From an uncultured Candidatus Rokubacteria bacterium (GTDB lineage Bacteria > Methylomirabilota > Methylomirabilia > Rokubacteriales > DASRDR01): 64,000 bases of DNA. How positions within the stretch are numbered: position 1 is the first letter of the stretch; each line of letters begins with the position of its first letter. The notes beneath the pieces were generated by a model. That model ran no database searches. It saw nothing but the letters and a program-made list of their open reading frames with translations, and was not told where the DNA came from. The position numbers and the translations under genes were made by a program. The stretch lies in contig CAWDVE010000017.1 in NCBI GenBank assembly GCA_963805625.1, forward strand, positions 96,001 to 160,000, given 5' to 3'. Below, piece after piece: positions 54,287 to 64,000 of the stretch.

Positions 54287-55501
54287 TCAGACGGCCAGCT
54301 CGAACGAGTCGTGGAGGGCGCGCACCGCGAGCTCCGTGTACTTGTCCTCGATGACGCAGGAGACCGCGATCTCCGACGTCGAGATCATGTGGATGTTGAC
54401 CCCCTCCCGTGAGAGGGCCCGGAACATCTGGGCCGCGACCCCCGAGTGGCTCCGCATCCCGACCCCGACGATGGAGACCTTGGCGATCCGGTCGTCGTAG
54501 GTCACGCTCTCGGCGCCGATCTTCTTTGCGACCTCCTCGAGGGTGGCGACGACCGTGGGCCGGTCGGGCCGGGGGACCGTGAAGGAGATGTCGGACATTC
54601 CGTCTCGGCTCACGTTCTGGACGATCATGTCCACGACGATCCCGTGGTCGCTCACGGTGCCGAAGACCTGTGCGGCGATGCCCGGCCGATCCGGGACGCC
54701 CCGGATCGTGACCTTCGCCTGGCCGCGATCGTGGGCGATGCCGGTCACGACGACGGCTTCCATGTTCCGGTCCTCCTTCGTCACGAGCGTGCCAGGATCC
54801 GTCTTGAACGTCGACCGGACGTGCACCGGCACGCCGTACTTCTTCGCGAACTCGACCGAGCGCGACTGGAGCACCTTGGCGCCGAGGCTCGCCATCTCGA
54901 GCATCTCGTCGTAGGAGATCCGGTCGAGCTTGCGCGCCTCGCGGACGATGTTCGGGTCGGCGGTGTAGACGCCGTCCACGTCGGTGTAGATCTCGCAGAC
55001 GTCGGCCCGCAGCGTCGCCGCGAGCGCGACCGCCGTCAGATCCGAGCCGCCCCGCCCGAGCGTCGTGATGTTGTCCTCCTCGGTCACGCCCTGGAAGCCC
55101 GCGACGATGGCGACGTAGCCGTCGTCGAGCGCGCGCCGGACCTTGTCGCCGTCGATCCCGACGATCCGGGCTCGCGTGTGCGCGGCATCGGTCCGGATTC
55201 CGGCCTGCTCGCCCGTGAACGAGCGCGCCTTGTGGCCGAGGGCGTCAATGGCCATGGCCAGGAGCGCGATGGAGACCTGCTCTCCGGTGGCGAGCAGCAT
55301 GTCTACCTCGCGCTCGGGGGGCGTGGGCGTGACCTCGTGGGCGAGCCGGAGCAGCCCGTCGGTGGTCTTCCCCATGGCAGAGACGACCACGACGACCCCG
55401 TGGCCGGCCTTGGCGGTCTCGACGACGCGCCGCGCGACGCCGCGGATCTTCTGGGCGTCGGCGACCGAGGAGCCGCCGTACTTCTGGACGATCAGGCCCA
55501 T
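54287..55501 (-). CDS. lysC: Aspartate kinase
   Basis: [34 protein letters not shown], two ACT domains. Confidence 0.96.
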   Translation of the reverse strand: MGLIVQKYGGSSVADAQKIRGVARRVVETAKAGHGVVVVVSAMGKTTDGLLRLAHEVTPTPPEREVDMLLATGEQVSIALLAMAIDALGHKARSFTGEQAGIRTDAAHTRARIVGIDGDKVRRALDDGYVAIVAGFQGVTEEDNITTLGRGGSDLTAVALAATLRADVCEIYTDVDGVYTADPNIVREARKLDRISYDEMLEMASLGAKVLQSRSVEFAKKYGVPVHVRSTFKTDPGTLVTKEDRNMEAVVVTGIAHDRGQAKVTIRGVPDRPGIAAQVFGTVSDHGIVVDMIVQNVSRDGMSDISFTVPRPDRPTVVATLEEVAKKIGAESVTYDDRIAKVSIVGVGMRSHSGVAAQMFRALSREGVNIHMISTSEIAVSCVIEDKYTELAVRALHDSFELAV

Positions 55502-55584
55502 GGACGGCTCATGGTGCGGGCCATGCTACCCCATCGGCCCGCGGGGGTTCAAGCGCGCGGCGGGCGGGCGGCCTCCCGGACTCG

Positions 55585-56877
<1,293 letters not shown>

Positions 56878-57008
56878 GGCTTCGCCTCCTAGCCCGGGAC
56901 CGCCCGGATCCCGTGCAGCCGTGTAGTCCAGTACAAATCGTCCACCTGGCGACCCCCTCCGAGAGGATGACCTGAGTGCTTGGACCTGTGGGCGGGGAAC
57001 GAGGCTGG

Positions 57009-57037
57009 ATGATAGCCTCTCGCCCCGAACCTGTCAA
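57009..57037 (-). promoter_or_regulatory. hom sigma70 promoter, giving a 5' leader of about 125 nt
   Basis: TTGACA(57037-57032)-N17-TATCAT(57014-57009). Confidence 0.78.
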
Positions 57038-57051
57038 TTTTCCGGGGGATT

Positions 57052-57095
57052 CGGGGTCAGATCTCCGTCGTCCGTACCGTCAAAGTCTGACCCCG
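57052..57095. repeat. Palindromic element CGGGGTCAGA-N24-TCTGACCCCG
   Basis: Perfect 10-bp inverted repeat at 57052-57061 and 57086-57095. Confidence 0.7.
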
Positions 57096-57386
57096 TCGGC
57101 TTCCTGGGCGATCGCCCCGTCGAGCGACGACGCCGAGCGCGTCGAGGAGGGCGAGGAGGTCCTCCGCCATGCCCCGGGTCGTGTACGCGAGGTCGGGCGC
57201 GTCGCTCCGGCCGGCGCCGCGATTGTCGAACACGAGCACGCGGTGGCGCGGCGTCAGGGCTGCGAGCTGGAACGGCCACGCGGTGCTATCGCCCCTGAGC
57301 CCCATCGCCAGGACGCCGGGAACCCCGTTCCCGGCGCCGTGCCACTCGTAGTAGAGGCGAATCCCGTTGGCCGTCACGAACGGCAT
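57057..57386 (-). pseudogene. Truncated alpha/beta hydrolase (N-terminal part)
   Basis: NGIRLYYE.HG, FDNRGAGRSD.P...YT...MAED...LLDALG, ends before GxSxG. Confidence 0.75.
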
Positions 57387-57417
57387 CGCCGCCTAGACCC
57401 GGCCACCCGGCCCACGC

Positions 57418-59376
57418 TCACTCATGGGCCGCCAGCGACTCCGAGAGCGTTTCCCACTCGTGGAGGAGCCAGGCGACCTGCTCCTCTGCCTGCTGGCGCT
57501 CGAGGGTGACCGCCCGGGCGCGCTCGCCGTCGGCGTAGAGCGCGGGATCGGCTAGCGTCCGACCCAGATCCTCGAGCCGGGCCTCGATCGCGTGGATCTC
57601 GGTCTCGAGGGTGTCGAGGCGCCGCCGGAGCTCGCGCACGGCGGGATCGACCCGGGGGCGCCGGCGCGCCCGGTCGGCCTGAGGGGGCGCGCCGGCCCGG
57701 GCGGCGGCGCGCCCGTCCCGCTTGCCGGCCGCCTCGCCGGGTGGTGGCGTCGGTGGCTCGGCAGCCGGCGCCGTCGCGCCGGCTGGCCGGCGCTCGAGCG
57801 CGGCGTGATAGTCGTCGTACCCGCCGAGGTGGATCACGAGGCGGCCGTCCCGGACCTCGACGACCTTCGTCGCCAGGCGGTTGATGAAGTAACGGTCGTG
57901 CGAGATGAAGACCATCGTCCCGGGGAAGCCCGCGAGGGCGTCCTCGAGGACGTCCCGGGACGCGAGATCCAGGTGGTTCGTCGGCTCGTCGAGACAGAGG
58001 AAGGGCGCCGGGCGGACGAGCATCCGCGCGAGCGCGAGCCGCGCCTTCTCGCCTCCCGACAGGACGGCGACGCGTTTCTCCACGGCGTCGCCCGAGAAGA
58101 GGAACGCGCCCAGCAGGGTTCGGAGCCGCGTGCGGTCGGTCTCGGGCGCGGCGGCTTCCATCTCCTCGAGGACCGTGCGCGCGGGGTCGAGCGCGTCGAG
58201 TTGGTGCTGGGCGTAGTAATGTGTCGTGACGTGGGCCCCGAGGACCCGCTCCCCCCCGTCCGGGGCAAGCACGCCCGCGAGGATCCGGAGGAGCGTCGAC
58301 TTGCCGGCGCCGTTCGGCCCGACGAGCGCGATGCGCTCGCCACGCTCGAGGTCGAGGTCGATCCCCGCGTAGACGATCTTCGGGCCATAGGCCTTGGCGA
58401 TGCGCCGCAGCTGGACGACGTGCCGACCGGTCCGGGGCGGCGCAGGGAAAGAGAAGCGGATGTGGCGCGCGGCGCCTTCGACCTCCACCCGGTCCAGCCG
58501 ATCGAGCATCTTGATCCGGCTCTGGACCTGCCGCGCCTTCGAGGATTTGTAGCGGAAACGCTCGATGAAGCGCTCGATCTCGGCCACGCGCTTGGCCTGG
58601 TTGCGGGCGCGGGCCTCGAGGAGCGCCTGCCGCGCCTCGCGCTGGGCGAGGTAGTCGTCGTAGTCCCCCGGATACAGGTCGAGTCCGGTCGGCGAGAGCT
58701 CGGCCACCGTCGTGACCATGCGGTTCAGGAAGTAGCGGTCGTGGGAGACGACGACGACGGTGCCGTCGTACGCGCTCAGGTAGTTCTCGAGCCAGCCCAA
58801 GGACTCGAGATCCAGGTGGTTCGTCGGCTCGTCGAGGAGGAGGAGCGCGGGACCTTGCAGGAGGAGGCGCGCCAGCGCGGCGCGCATCCGCCAGCCCCCC
58901 GAGAATTCCAGGAGGGGCCGCGCGAGGTCGGCGTCCCGGAAGCCAAGCCCGCTCAGGACGACCCGCGCCTCCGTCTCGAGCCGGTAGCCACCGAGCGTCT
59001 CGAAGCGGTGCTGGAGGTCTCCGTACCGCGCGGTCAGCGCCTCGTCGGCCGCCTCGTGGAGCCGGGCGGCCACCGCCTCCAGCTGGCGCTCGATCTCCCA
59101 GACCTCGGGGAACCCGGATAGCGCCTCGCCCAGGACCGAGCCGCGGGCCTCCCCCGCCGCCTCCTGGGGAAGGTAGCCGACCGTCATCTCGCGGGCCCGG
59201 CTCACGCGACCGGTGTCGGGCGGCTCCAGGCCCACGAGGATGCGGCAGAGCGTGGTCTTCCCGATGCCGTTCGGGCCGACGAGCCCGATGCGCTCGCGCC
59301 CGCTGAGCTGCCACGTGACGTCGCGGAACAGCACCCGGTCGCCGTAGGCCTTGGAAACCCCTTCGAGCTGGATCAC
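57418..59376 (-). CDS. ABC-F family ATPase
   Basis: Two ABC domains (GPNGIGKT/FSGGW/DEPTNHLD; GPNGAGKS/LSGGE/DEPTNHLD), linker KARQVQSR, C-terminal coiled coil; TAGAAT 6 nt before GTG. Confidence 0.95.
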   Translation of the reverse strand: MIQLEGVSKAYGDRVLFRDVTWQLSGRERIGLVGPNGIGKTTLCRILVGLEPPDTGRVSRAREMTVGYLPQEAAGEARGSVLGEALSGFPEVWEIERQLEAVAARLHEAADEALTARYGDLQHRFETLGGYRLETEARVVLSGLGFRDADLARPLLEFSGGWRMRAALARLLLQGPALLLLDEPTNHLDLESLGWLENYLSAYDGTVVVVSHDRYFLNRMVTTVAELSPTGLDLYPGDYDDYLAQREARQALLEARARNQAKRVAEIERFIERFRYKSSKARQVQSRIKMLDRLDRVEVEGAARHIRFSFPAPPRTGRHVVQLRRIAKAYGPKIVYAGIDLDLERGERIALVGPNGAGKSTLLRILAGVLAPDGGERVLGAHVTTHYYAQHQLDALDPARTVLEEMEAAAPETDRTRLRTLLGAFLFSGDAVEKRVAVLSGGEKARLALARMLVRPAPFLCLDEPTNHLDLASRDVLEDALAGFPGTMVFISHDRYFINRLATKVVEVRDGRLVIHLGGYDDYHAALERRPAGATAPAAEPPTPPPGEAAGKRDGRAAARAGAPPQADRARRRPRVDPAVRELRRRLDTLETEIHAIEARLEDLGRTLADPALYADGERARAVTLERQQAEEQVAWLLHEWETLSESLAAHE

Positions 59377-59534
59377 CCTCACATTCTACGCACGGGCACA
59401 ATCGCCCCAGCTGTTCGAGCCGAATCGCGCCCCCCAACCCGGCGGTCACCGCCCCGCCCGACCGGCCCCGCGGCGATCACGCGCGAGCGGAAGTGTCGAC
59501 GTCGATGGACGAGTGCAGCCCGTGTGCCGACGGA

Positions 59535-62500
59535 TCAGGCCGGCGCGTCGAGCGTCCGGGCGAGGGCTTCCGCGCGCTCTGCCCAGTGAGGGACGCGGAG
59601 ATCGACGAACCACTGGCGGGCGTGCTCCCAGTGCTGGGCTGCCGACGTCCTGTCACCCGTGGCGAGGGCGGCCTCCCCACGGTCCATCCACACCCGCGCC
59701 ACGTCGTAGCGCGCCTGGATCGCCTCGAACGTCGTTCCTGCTTCGTGGAGCGTCGCCATGGCCTCGGCCAGGGCGCCGGTCGCAAGCTGGACACGCCCGA
59801 GCGCCCGGAGCGCCAGGCCGACGCCGTAGGCCGAGCGGGCCGCGCGGGTGATCTCGAGCGCCTCCCGCGCGGTCGCGAGCGCCCGCTCGCGCCGGCCATC
59901 GAGGCGGTATGCGTCGGCCAGGAAGGCCGTGAACCAGCCCTGGAACTGCGGGAAGGGGAACGCGCCGTGCTGCTGAACCGCCGCCTCCAGGGCGGGCATC
60001 GCACGCGCGGCGTCGCTATGCTCGACGAACGAGAATCCGAGCCAGCCAAGTGCGACGGCGCGCGTGAGCGGGTCGGGAGCGACCGAGAGGCTCTGTTGGC
60101 AGGCCTCGATACCAGACTCGGCGTGACCGAGAGCTGTGTGGATGATGCCCGTGGCGCAGAGCGCCGAGGCCTGGAGCTGACGGTTGCCGCCTGCCTCGCC
60201 GATGATCAGGGCTCGCGTCTCGGCCTCGAGCGCGGCGCCGAGCTCTCCGAGCTGGGCATGGTTGAGCCCGACGACCCAGTGAGCCTGTCCGATCCACCAC
60301 TCGTCTCCCGTGCTCTCGAGGCATGTGAGCGACTCCAAGGCGTGCTTGATACCCTCCGCCGCCCGTCCGGACAGCGGGGCTTCCTGCGCGAGCACGTAGT
60401 GCGCCTTGCCGCGCGTTGCCGTGTCACCGCTTCGCGTGGAGTCGGCGATTGCGCGTTCGGCGCTCTCGATTGCCCGCTCGCGGTCACCGAGGAAGAGGTG
60501 CGTCCGGGCGAGCAGGAAATGGTTGTAGGCCGACATCGCGGCATCGTCCAGGCGGTCCAGCGAGGCCTTCCAGTGGAGTAGCAATCCCAAGGTTTCGCGG
60601 AACCGCCCAAGGTGGATCAGCGTCGAGGCTTTGCGGAGCACGAGGCGGAGGCGCCGGTGATCGCGCACGTTGGCGGGGAGTCGCTCAACGTGGGCGAGCG
60701 CCTCTTCCAGAAGGCCTAGCGCCTCGGTGTGCGCGTAGCCCCGCGCCGCTTTCTCCGCCATGCGCGAGAGGCACCCGACGGCGCTGTCGGCCTGATCGGT
60801 GCGGGCGTAGTGGTAGGCGAGCCGGTCGTCCGCCTCTTCGAGGCGCCCCTCGTAGAGCCGCTCGAGGGCGCGCGCGGCCGCGGCGTGCAGCGCCTGGCGC
60901 TGGGCCACCGGCAGGCTGTCGTACACGACCTCCTGCGTCAGGGCGTGCTTGAACACGTGGACGGACTCGCCGGGGCGCGTCTGCTCGTAGACGAACTCGA
61001 GGCGCGTGAGCTCGCGGAGCTGCTGCTGGATATCCCCCGGGCCCCGCCAGACGGCCTGGAGGAGCCGCAGCGGAACCTCCCGGCCGATGACGGACGCCAG
61101 CCGCAGTGTGTCCTTCACGTCCTCGGGCAGGCGGTCGATGCGTGCCCGCAATGCCTCCTCGACCGTGTCAGGCACGGCGATTCCACCGCCCGCGTCGGGC
61201 TCCTCGCTGACGGCCCGGCACAGCTCCTCGAGGAAGAAGGGGTTCCCCTCCGCCTTGCTGAGAATCGCGGGGGCCAGTGCCTCCTGCGCGGAGCCCATCA
61301 CCAGGAGCGACTCGACGATTCTCTGGCTGTCGCCCCGCGAGAGGGGCTGGAGTGCGAGCTGCGTCGCATATGACTTGTCCATCCAGGGCGGGCGGTAGCC
61401 GGGGCGGTACGTGAGGAGCGAGAGAACAGACGCGCCCGCCGCGGCCTCGATCAGCGAGGCGAGGCACTCCTCGGAGGAGCCATCGATCCACTGAAGGTCC
61501 TCGCACACGAATACGATCGGCCGCTGCCGGCTGCCCCGGAGACCCATTTGACGGAGCGCGTCCACCGTCCGAGCCCGGATGGCATCGCGGCTCAGCATGC
61601 TCAAAGGCTCGGTCCCCTCCTTCATGCCCAGGAGGTGGTGCAGGTACGGAGCCCATTCTTCCGGCTCCATTTCGAGGTCCTCCAGCCCCGCCCGAACCTT
61701 CCGCGCGATCGACGCCGGGCTGTCCCCCTCGGCAATCCGGAGGCTCCGCCGGAGGATCGCGATCACCGGCAGATAGGGAACCGCGCTCCCGTACGAGAGA
61801 CAGTGGCCCTCAACCCAGACGGCGCGCTCGCTCCGAAGGCTCCTGCGGAGCTCGAGAAGGAGCCGCGATTTCCCGATCCCGGCCTCGCCCACGATGCCCA
61901 CGACCTGCCCGTGTCCGTCGGCGGCGGCGGCGAAGCGGTCGCGCAGGAGCTCGAGCTCCCGGCTGCGGCCGGCCAGCGCGGTGAGCCGGCGGCCTGATCC
62001 GAAGCCAGCGCGCTCGACCCCGTCCAGCCGGTACACGGGGCCGTCGGCGGGGGCCGGCGCTGGGAGCGGCACCAGCGTGAATCGACGGTCGAGGAACGGC
62101 GCGGCCGTTTCCGAGACGACGGTCCGGTCGGGATCGGCCCGCAGGACGAGGCCTTCCAGCGCTTGCCAGGCACGGCGCTTGCCGTCGAGCTCGAGCCGGA
62201 TGTCCCGGCCCGCGTACCCCACCAGGAGCTGCGTGACGTGGATACCCAGCCGGATCGTGATCCACGGCGGCTCGGTCCGCCGCTCGCGCTCGACCGCCTT
62301 GCGGATCGCGACGGCCGCGTGCGCGGCCCGCCGGGTCGCATCCTCGACGGGCTCGAGGCCGAAGGTGGCCACGATGCCACTCGGGCCGAGGTCTTCCATC
62401 CGGCCGCCGAAGCTTCGCGCCTTCTCGATGAGGGCTTCGATCAGGCGGCTCGGGTACAGGCGGCCGTCGTCGGACGGCGGGCCGTCGATCACCGCGCGAA

Positions 62501-63605
62501 GCAGTGTCACGCGGCGGGGCTCCCAGCGGACGGTTGCCGCCGGCGCGTCCGCGGCCATCGGCGGCCGAGGTGGGCCCGTGGGAGCCACCACCTCGGGCGC
62601 GGCCTCCGGCGACGATCCGGGCCGAGATCCGCCCGGCCGGAGCCGGTGCTTGGTGATGCGGTACCGCAGCGTGTCGCGGGAGATCCCGAGCCGCCGGGCG
62701 GCGCGCGTCACGTTCCAGAACGTCTCGTCGAGCGCTTCGAGGAGCTGCGTCCGCTCGACCGCGCCCAGCGTGGCGTCGAGGGCGCGGCCCGGGGCGGGCG
62801 GGTCGCCCCGCTCCTCGACGAAGCTGGCGGCGGGGGGGATGTCCAGCATCGCCGCTGTCACCACCGCGCCGTCGACGAGGAGGGCCACCCGCTCCATCGT
62901 GTTCATCAGCTCCCGGACGTTTCCTGGCCACGGATGGCGGAGCAGCGCCGTGCGCGCCTCCGGCGCGAGGCTCTTGGCTGCCAGGCCATATTCGGCGCAG
63001 GCCACGCCCAGGTAGTGCTGCGCCAGCAGGACCACGTCCTCGCCCCTCTCACGGAGCGGCGGCAGCCGCAGGGTCACGACGGCGAGCCGGTGATAGAGAT
63101 CCTTGCGGAAGCGCCGGGCGTCCACCGCCGCCGCGAGATCCTCGTTGCTCGCGGTGATGATCCAGACATCGACGGGCTCGGAGCGGGTGGCGCCGAGCCG
63201 CCGGACGGCGCGGTCCTCCAGGACCTTCAGGAGCTTGGCCTGGAGGCTGTCGGGCAGGAGCGCCACCTCGTCGAGGAAGAGCGTGCCGCGGTTGGCCGCC
63301 TGGAACAGCCCGGCCTTCGGCTGGCGCGCGTCCGTGAAGGCCCCGCGCTCGAAGCCGAACAGCTCGGACTCGAGCAGGGTCTCGGGGAGGGCGGCGCAGT
63401 TGAGGGGGACGAACGGCTGCTCCGCGCGGGGCCCCTCGTCGTGAAGCATGCGTGCGAGCAGACCCTTGCCCACCCCGGTTTCCCCCTGGATGAGCAGCGG
63501 TGGCAGCCGCCCCCGATCGGAGGGGTGCTGGAGCAGCCGGGCGGCACTCTCCCGGAGCGCGATGATGCCGGGCGAGTTGCCGAGGAGCGCGGCCAGCGGG
63601 CCCAT
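59535..63605 (-). CDS. Sigma54-activator AAA + Fis HTH + degenerate cyclase-like domain + STAND ATPase + TPR fusion
   Basis: GETGVGKG, ESELFG.ERGAFTDA, LFLDEV, FRKDLYHRL, WPGNVREL; WNVTRAARRLGISRDTLRYR; GEAGIGKS, EDLQWID, GNPFFLEE, FKHAL.QEV.Y; TPR tail; start re-called to ATG 63605. Confidence 0.92.
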   Translation of the reverse strand: MGPLAALLGNSPGIIALRESAARLLQHPSDRGRLPPLLIQGETGVGKGLLARMLHDEGPRAEQPFVPLNCAALPETLLESELFGFERGAFTDARQPKAGLFQAANRGTLFLDEVALLPDSLQAKLLKVLEDRAVRRLGATRSEPVDVWIITASNEDLAAAVDARRFRKDLYHRLAVVTLRLPPLRERGEDVVLLAQHYLGVACAEYGLAAKSLAPEARTALLRHPWPGNVRELMNTMERVALLVDGAVVTAAMLDIPPAASFVEERGDPPAPGRALDATLGAVERTQLLEALDETFWNVTRAARRLGISRDTLRYRITKHRLRPGGSRPGSSPEAAPEVVAPTGPPRPPMAADAPAATVRWEPRRVTLLRAVIDGPPSDDGRLYPSRLIEALIEKARSFGGRMEDLGPSGIVATFGLEPVEDATRRAAHAAVAIRKAVERERRTEPPWITIRLGIHVTQLLVGYAGRDIRLELDGKRRAWQALEGLVLRADPDRTVVSETAAPFLDRRFTLVPLPAPAPADGPVYRLDGVERAGFGSGRRLTALAGRSRELELLRDRFAAAADGHGQVVGIVGEAGIGKSRLLLELRRSLRSERAVWVEGHCLSYGSAVPYLPVIAILRRSLRIAEGDSPASIARKVRAGLEDLEMEPEEWAPYLHHLLGMKEGTEPLSMLSRDAIRARTVDALRQMGLRGSRQRPIVFVCEDLQWIDGSSEECLASLIEAAAGASVLSLLTYRPGYRPPWMDKSYATQLALQPLSRGDSQRIVESLLVMGSAQEALAPAILSKAEGNPFFLEELCRAVSEEPDAGGGIAVPDTVEEALRARIDRLPEDVKDTLRLASVIGREVPLRLLQAVWRGPGDIQQQLRELTRLEFVYEQTRPGESVHVFKHALTQEVVYDSLPVAQRQALHAAAARALERLYEGRLEEADDRLAYHYARTDQADSAVGCLSRMAEKAARGYAHTEALGLLEEALAHVERLPANVRDHRRLRLVLRKASTLIHLGRFRETLGLLLHWKASLDRLDDAAMSAYNHFLLARTHLFLGDRERAIESAERAIADSTRSGDTATRGKAHYVLAQEAPLSGRAAEGIKHALESLTCLESTGDEWWIGQAHWVVGLNHAQLGELGAALEAETRALIIGEAGGNRQLQASALCATGIIHTALGHAESGIEACQQSLSVAPDPLTRAVALGWLGFSFVEHSDAARAMPALEAAVQQHGAFPFPQFQGWFTAFLADAYRLDGRRERALATAREALEITRAARSAYGVGLALRALGRVQLATGALAEAMATLHEAGTTFEAIQARYDVARVWMDRGEAALATGDRTSAAQHWEHARQWFVDLRVPHWAERAEALARTLDAPA

Positions 63606-63758
63606 GGGTGCCGGTATCCTACGCCCGTTCGACCGGCCGACGCACCCGGTCGGCCTTCCGCGCTCCCCCACCCAAATTGGGGGTTTCCCCACCGCACCTA
63701 CCTGGATCGGCGGCCCCGCAGCCATCGCAACCTCCTGTTTTTTGGCGATCGAGCCTTG

Positions 63759-63773
63759 TGGCATTCCCGTTGC
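63759..63773 (+). promoter_or_regulatory. Sigma54 (-24/-12) promoter divergent from the activator gene
   Basis: TGGCATTCCCGTTGC (GG-N10-GC), 35 nt upstream of ATG 63808. Confidence 0.72.
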
Positions 63774-63807
63774 CCTGTTTCTAGGGTGCAAGCAAGGAGC
63801 CACGCAA

Positions 63808-64000
63808 ATGAGCGAAAGCAAGGTTCGCGAGGTGACGAGGTCCGAGCCGCCCATGGGGCGCGCCAACGTCCGCGTGGCGTGGTGGATGATCGGCGGGAGC
63901 ATGGCCGTCGGCGCCGTGCTGGGGCTGTGGTCCTTCGGGGGTCCGGTGGCGCCCCCGCCCGGATTCCGGGCGTTCGACGACCTGCCCCGGCGCCTGGTGC
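63808..64000 (+). CDS. Membrane protein of unknown function (3' truncated by window edge)
   Basis: AAGGAG SD; MSESK...AWWMIGGSMAVGAVLGLWSFGGP...DDLPRRLV, open to the window end. Confidence 0.72.
   Translation, partial: MSESKVREVTRSEPPMGRANVRVAWWMIGGSMAVGAVLGLWSFGGPVAPPPGFRAFDDLPRRLV

Overview
High-GC bacterial chromosomal window, mostly housekeeping genes. The multi-GAF kinase, the sigma54-AAA/STAND fusion and the gene content suggest Ca. Rokubacteria/Methylomirabilota (inference only). Main blocks: phzF-coaE-rsmA-rnj-ftsK-(small Zn-finger-like ORF)-lolA-yajQ; vapBC; a trpE-trpG-trpS operon with a visible Trp leader-peptide attenuator; a small-ORF/nucleotidyltransferase pair; a 9xGAF histidine kinase-REC-REC/cyclase cassette; hicBA; rimO-pgpA-cinA-thpR-recA-recX-dinB x2-MFS; ppk2; alaS; a divergent polyamine cluster (pdaD-speB-MTase / speD-speE); HAD-rarA-ddl-murG-LOG-DMT; two exported TPR genes (the first frameshifted); hom-lysC; ABC-F; and a sigma54-activator/STAND/TPR giant facing a sigma54 promoter. 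No rRNA, tRNA, CRISPR array or transposase was recognised. Most interesting: the bEBP-STAND module with its divergent sigma54 target, the apparently mosaic GAF array, a cyclase with altered base-specificity residues, several candidate cis-regulatory leaders (trp, speD, hom), a sigma54 promoter before thpR, and many leaderless or short-leader promoters. All family calls come from motif recognition by eye; no database searches were run.
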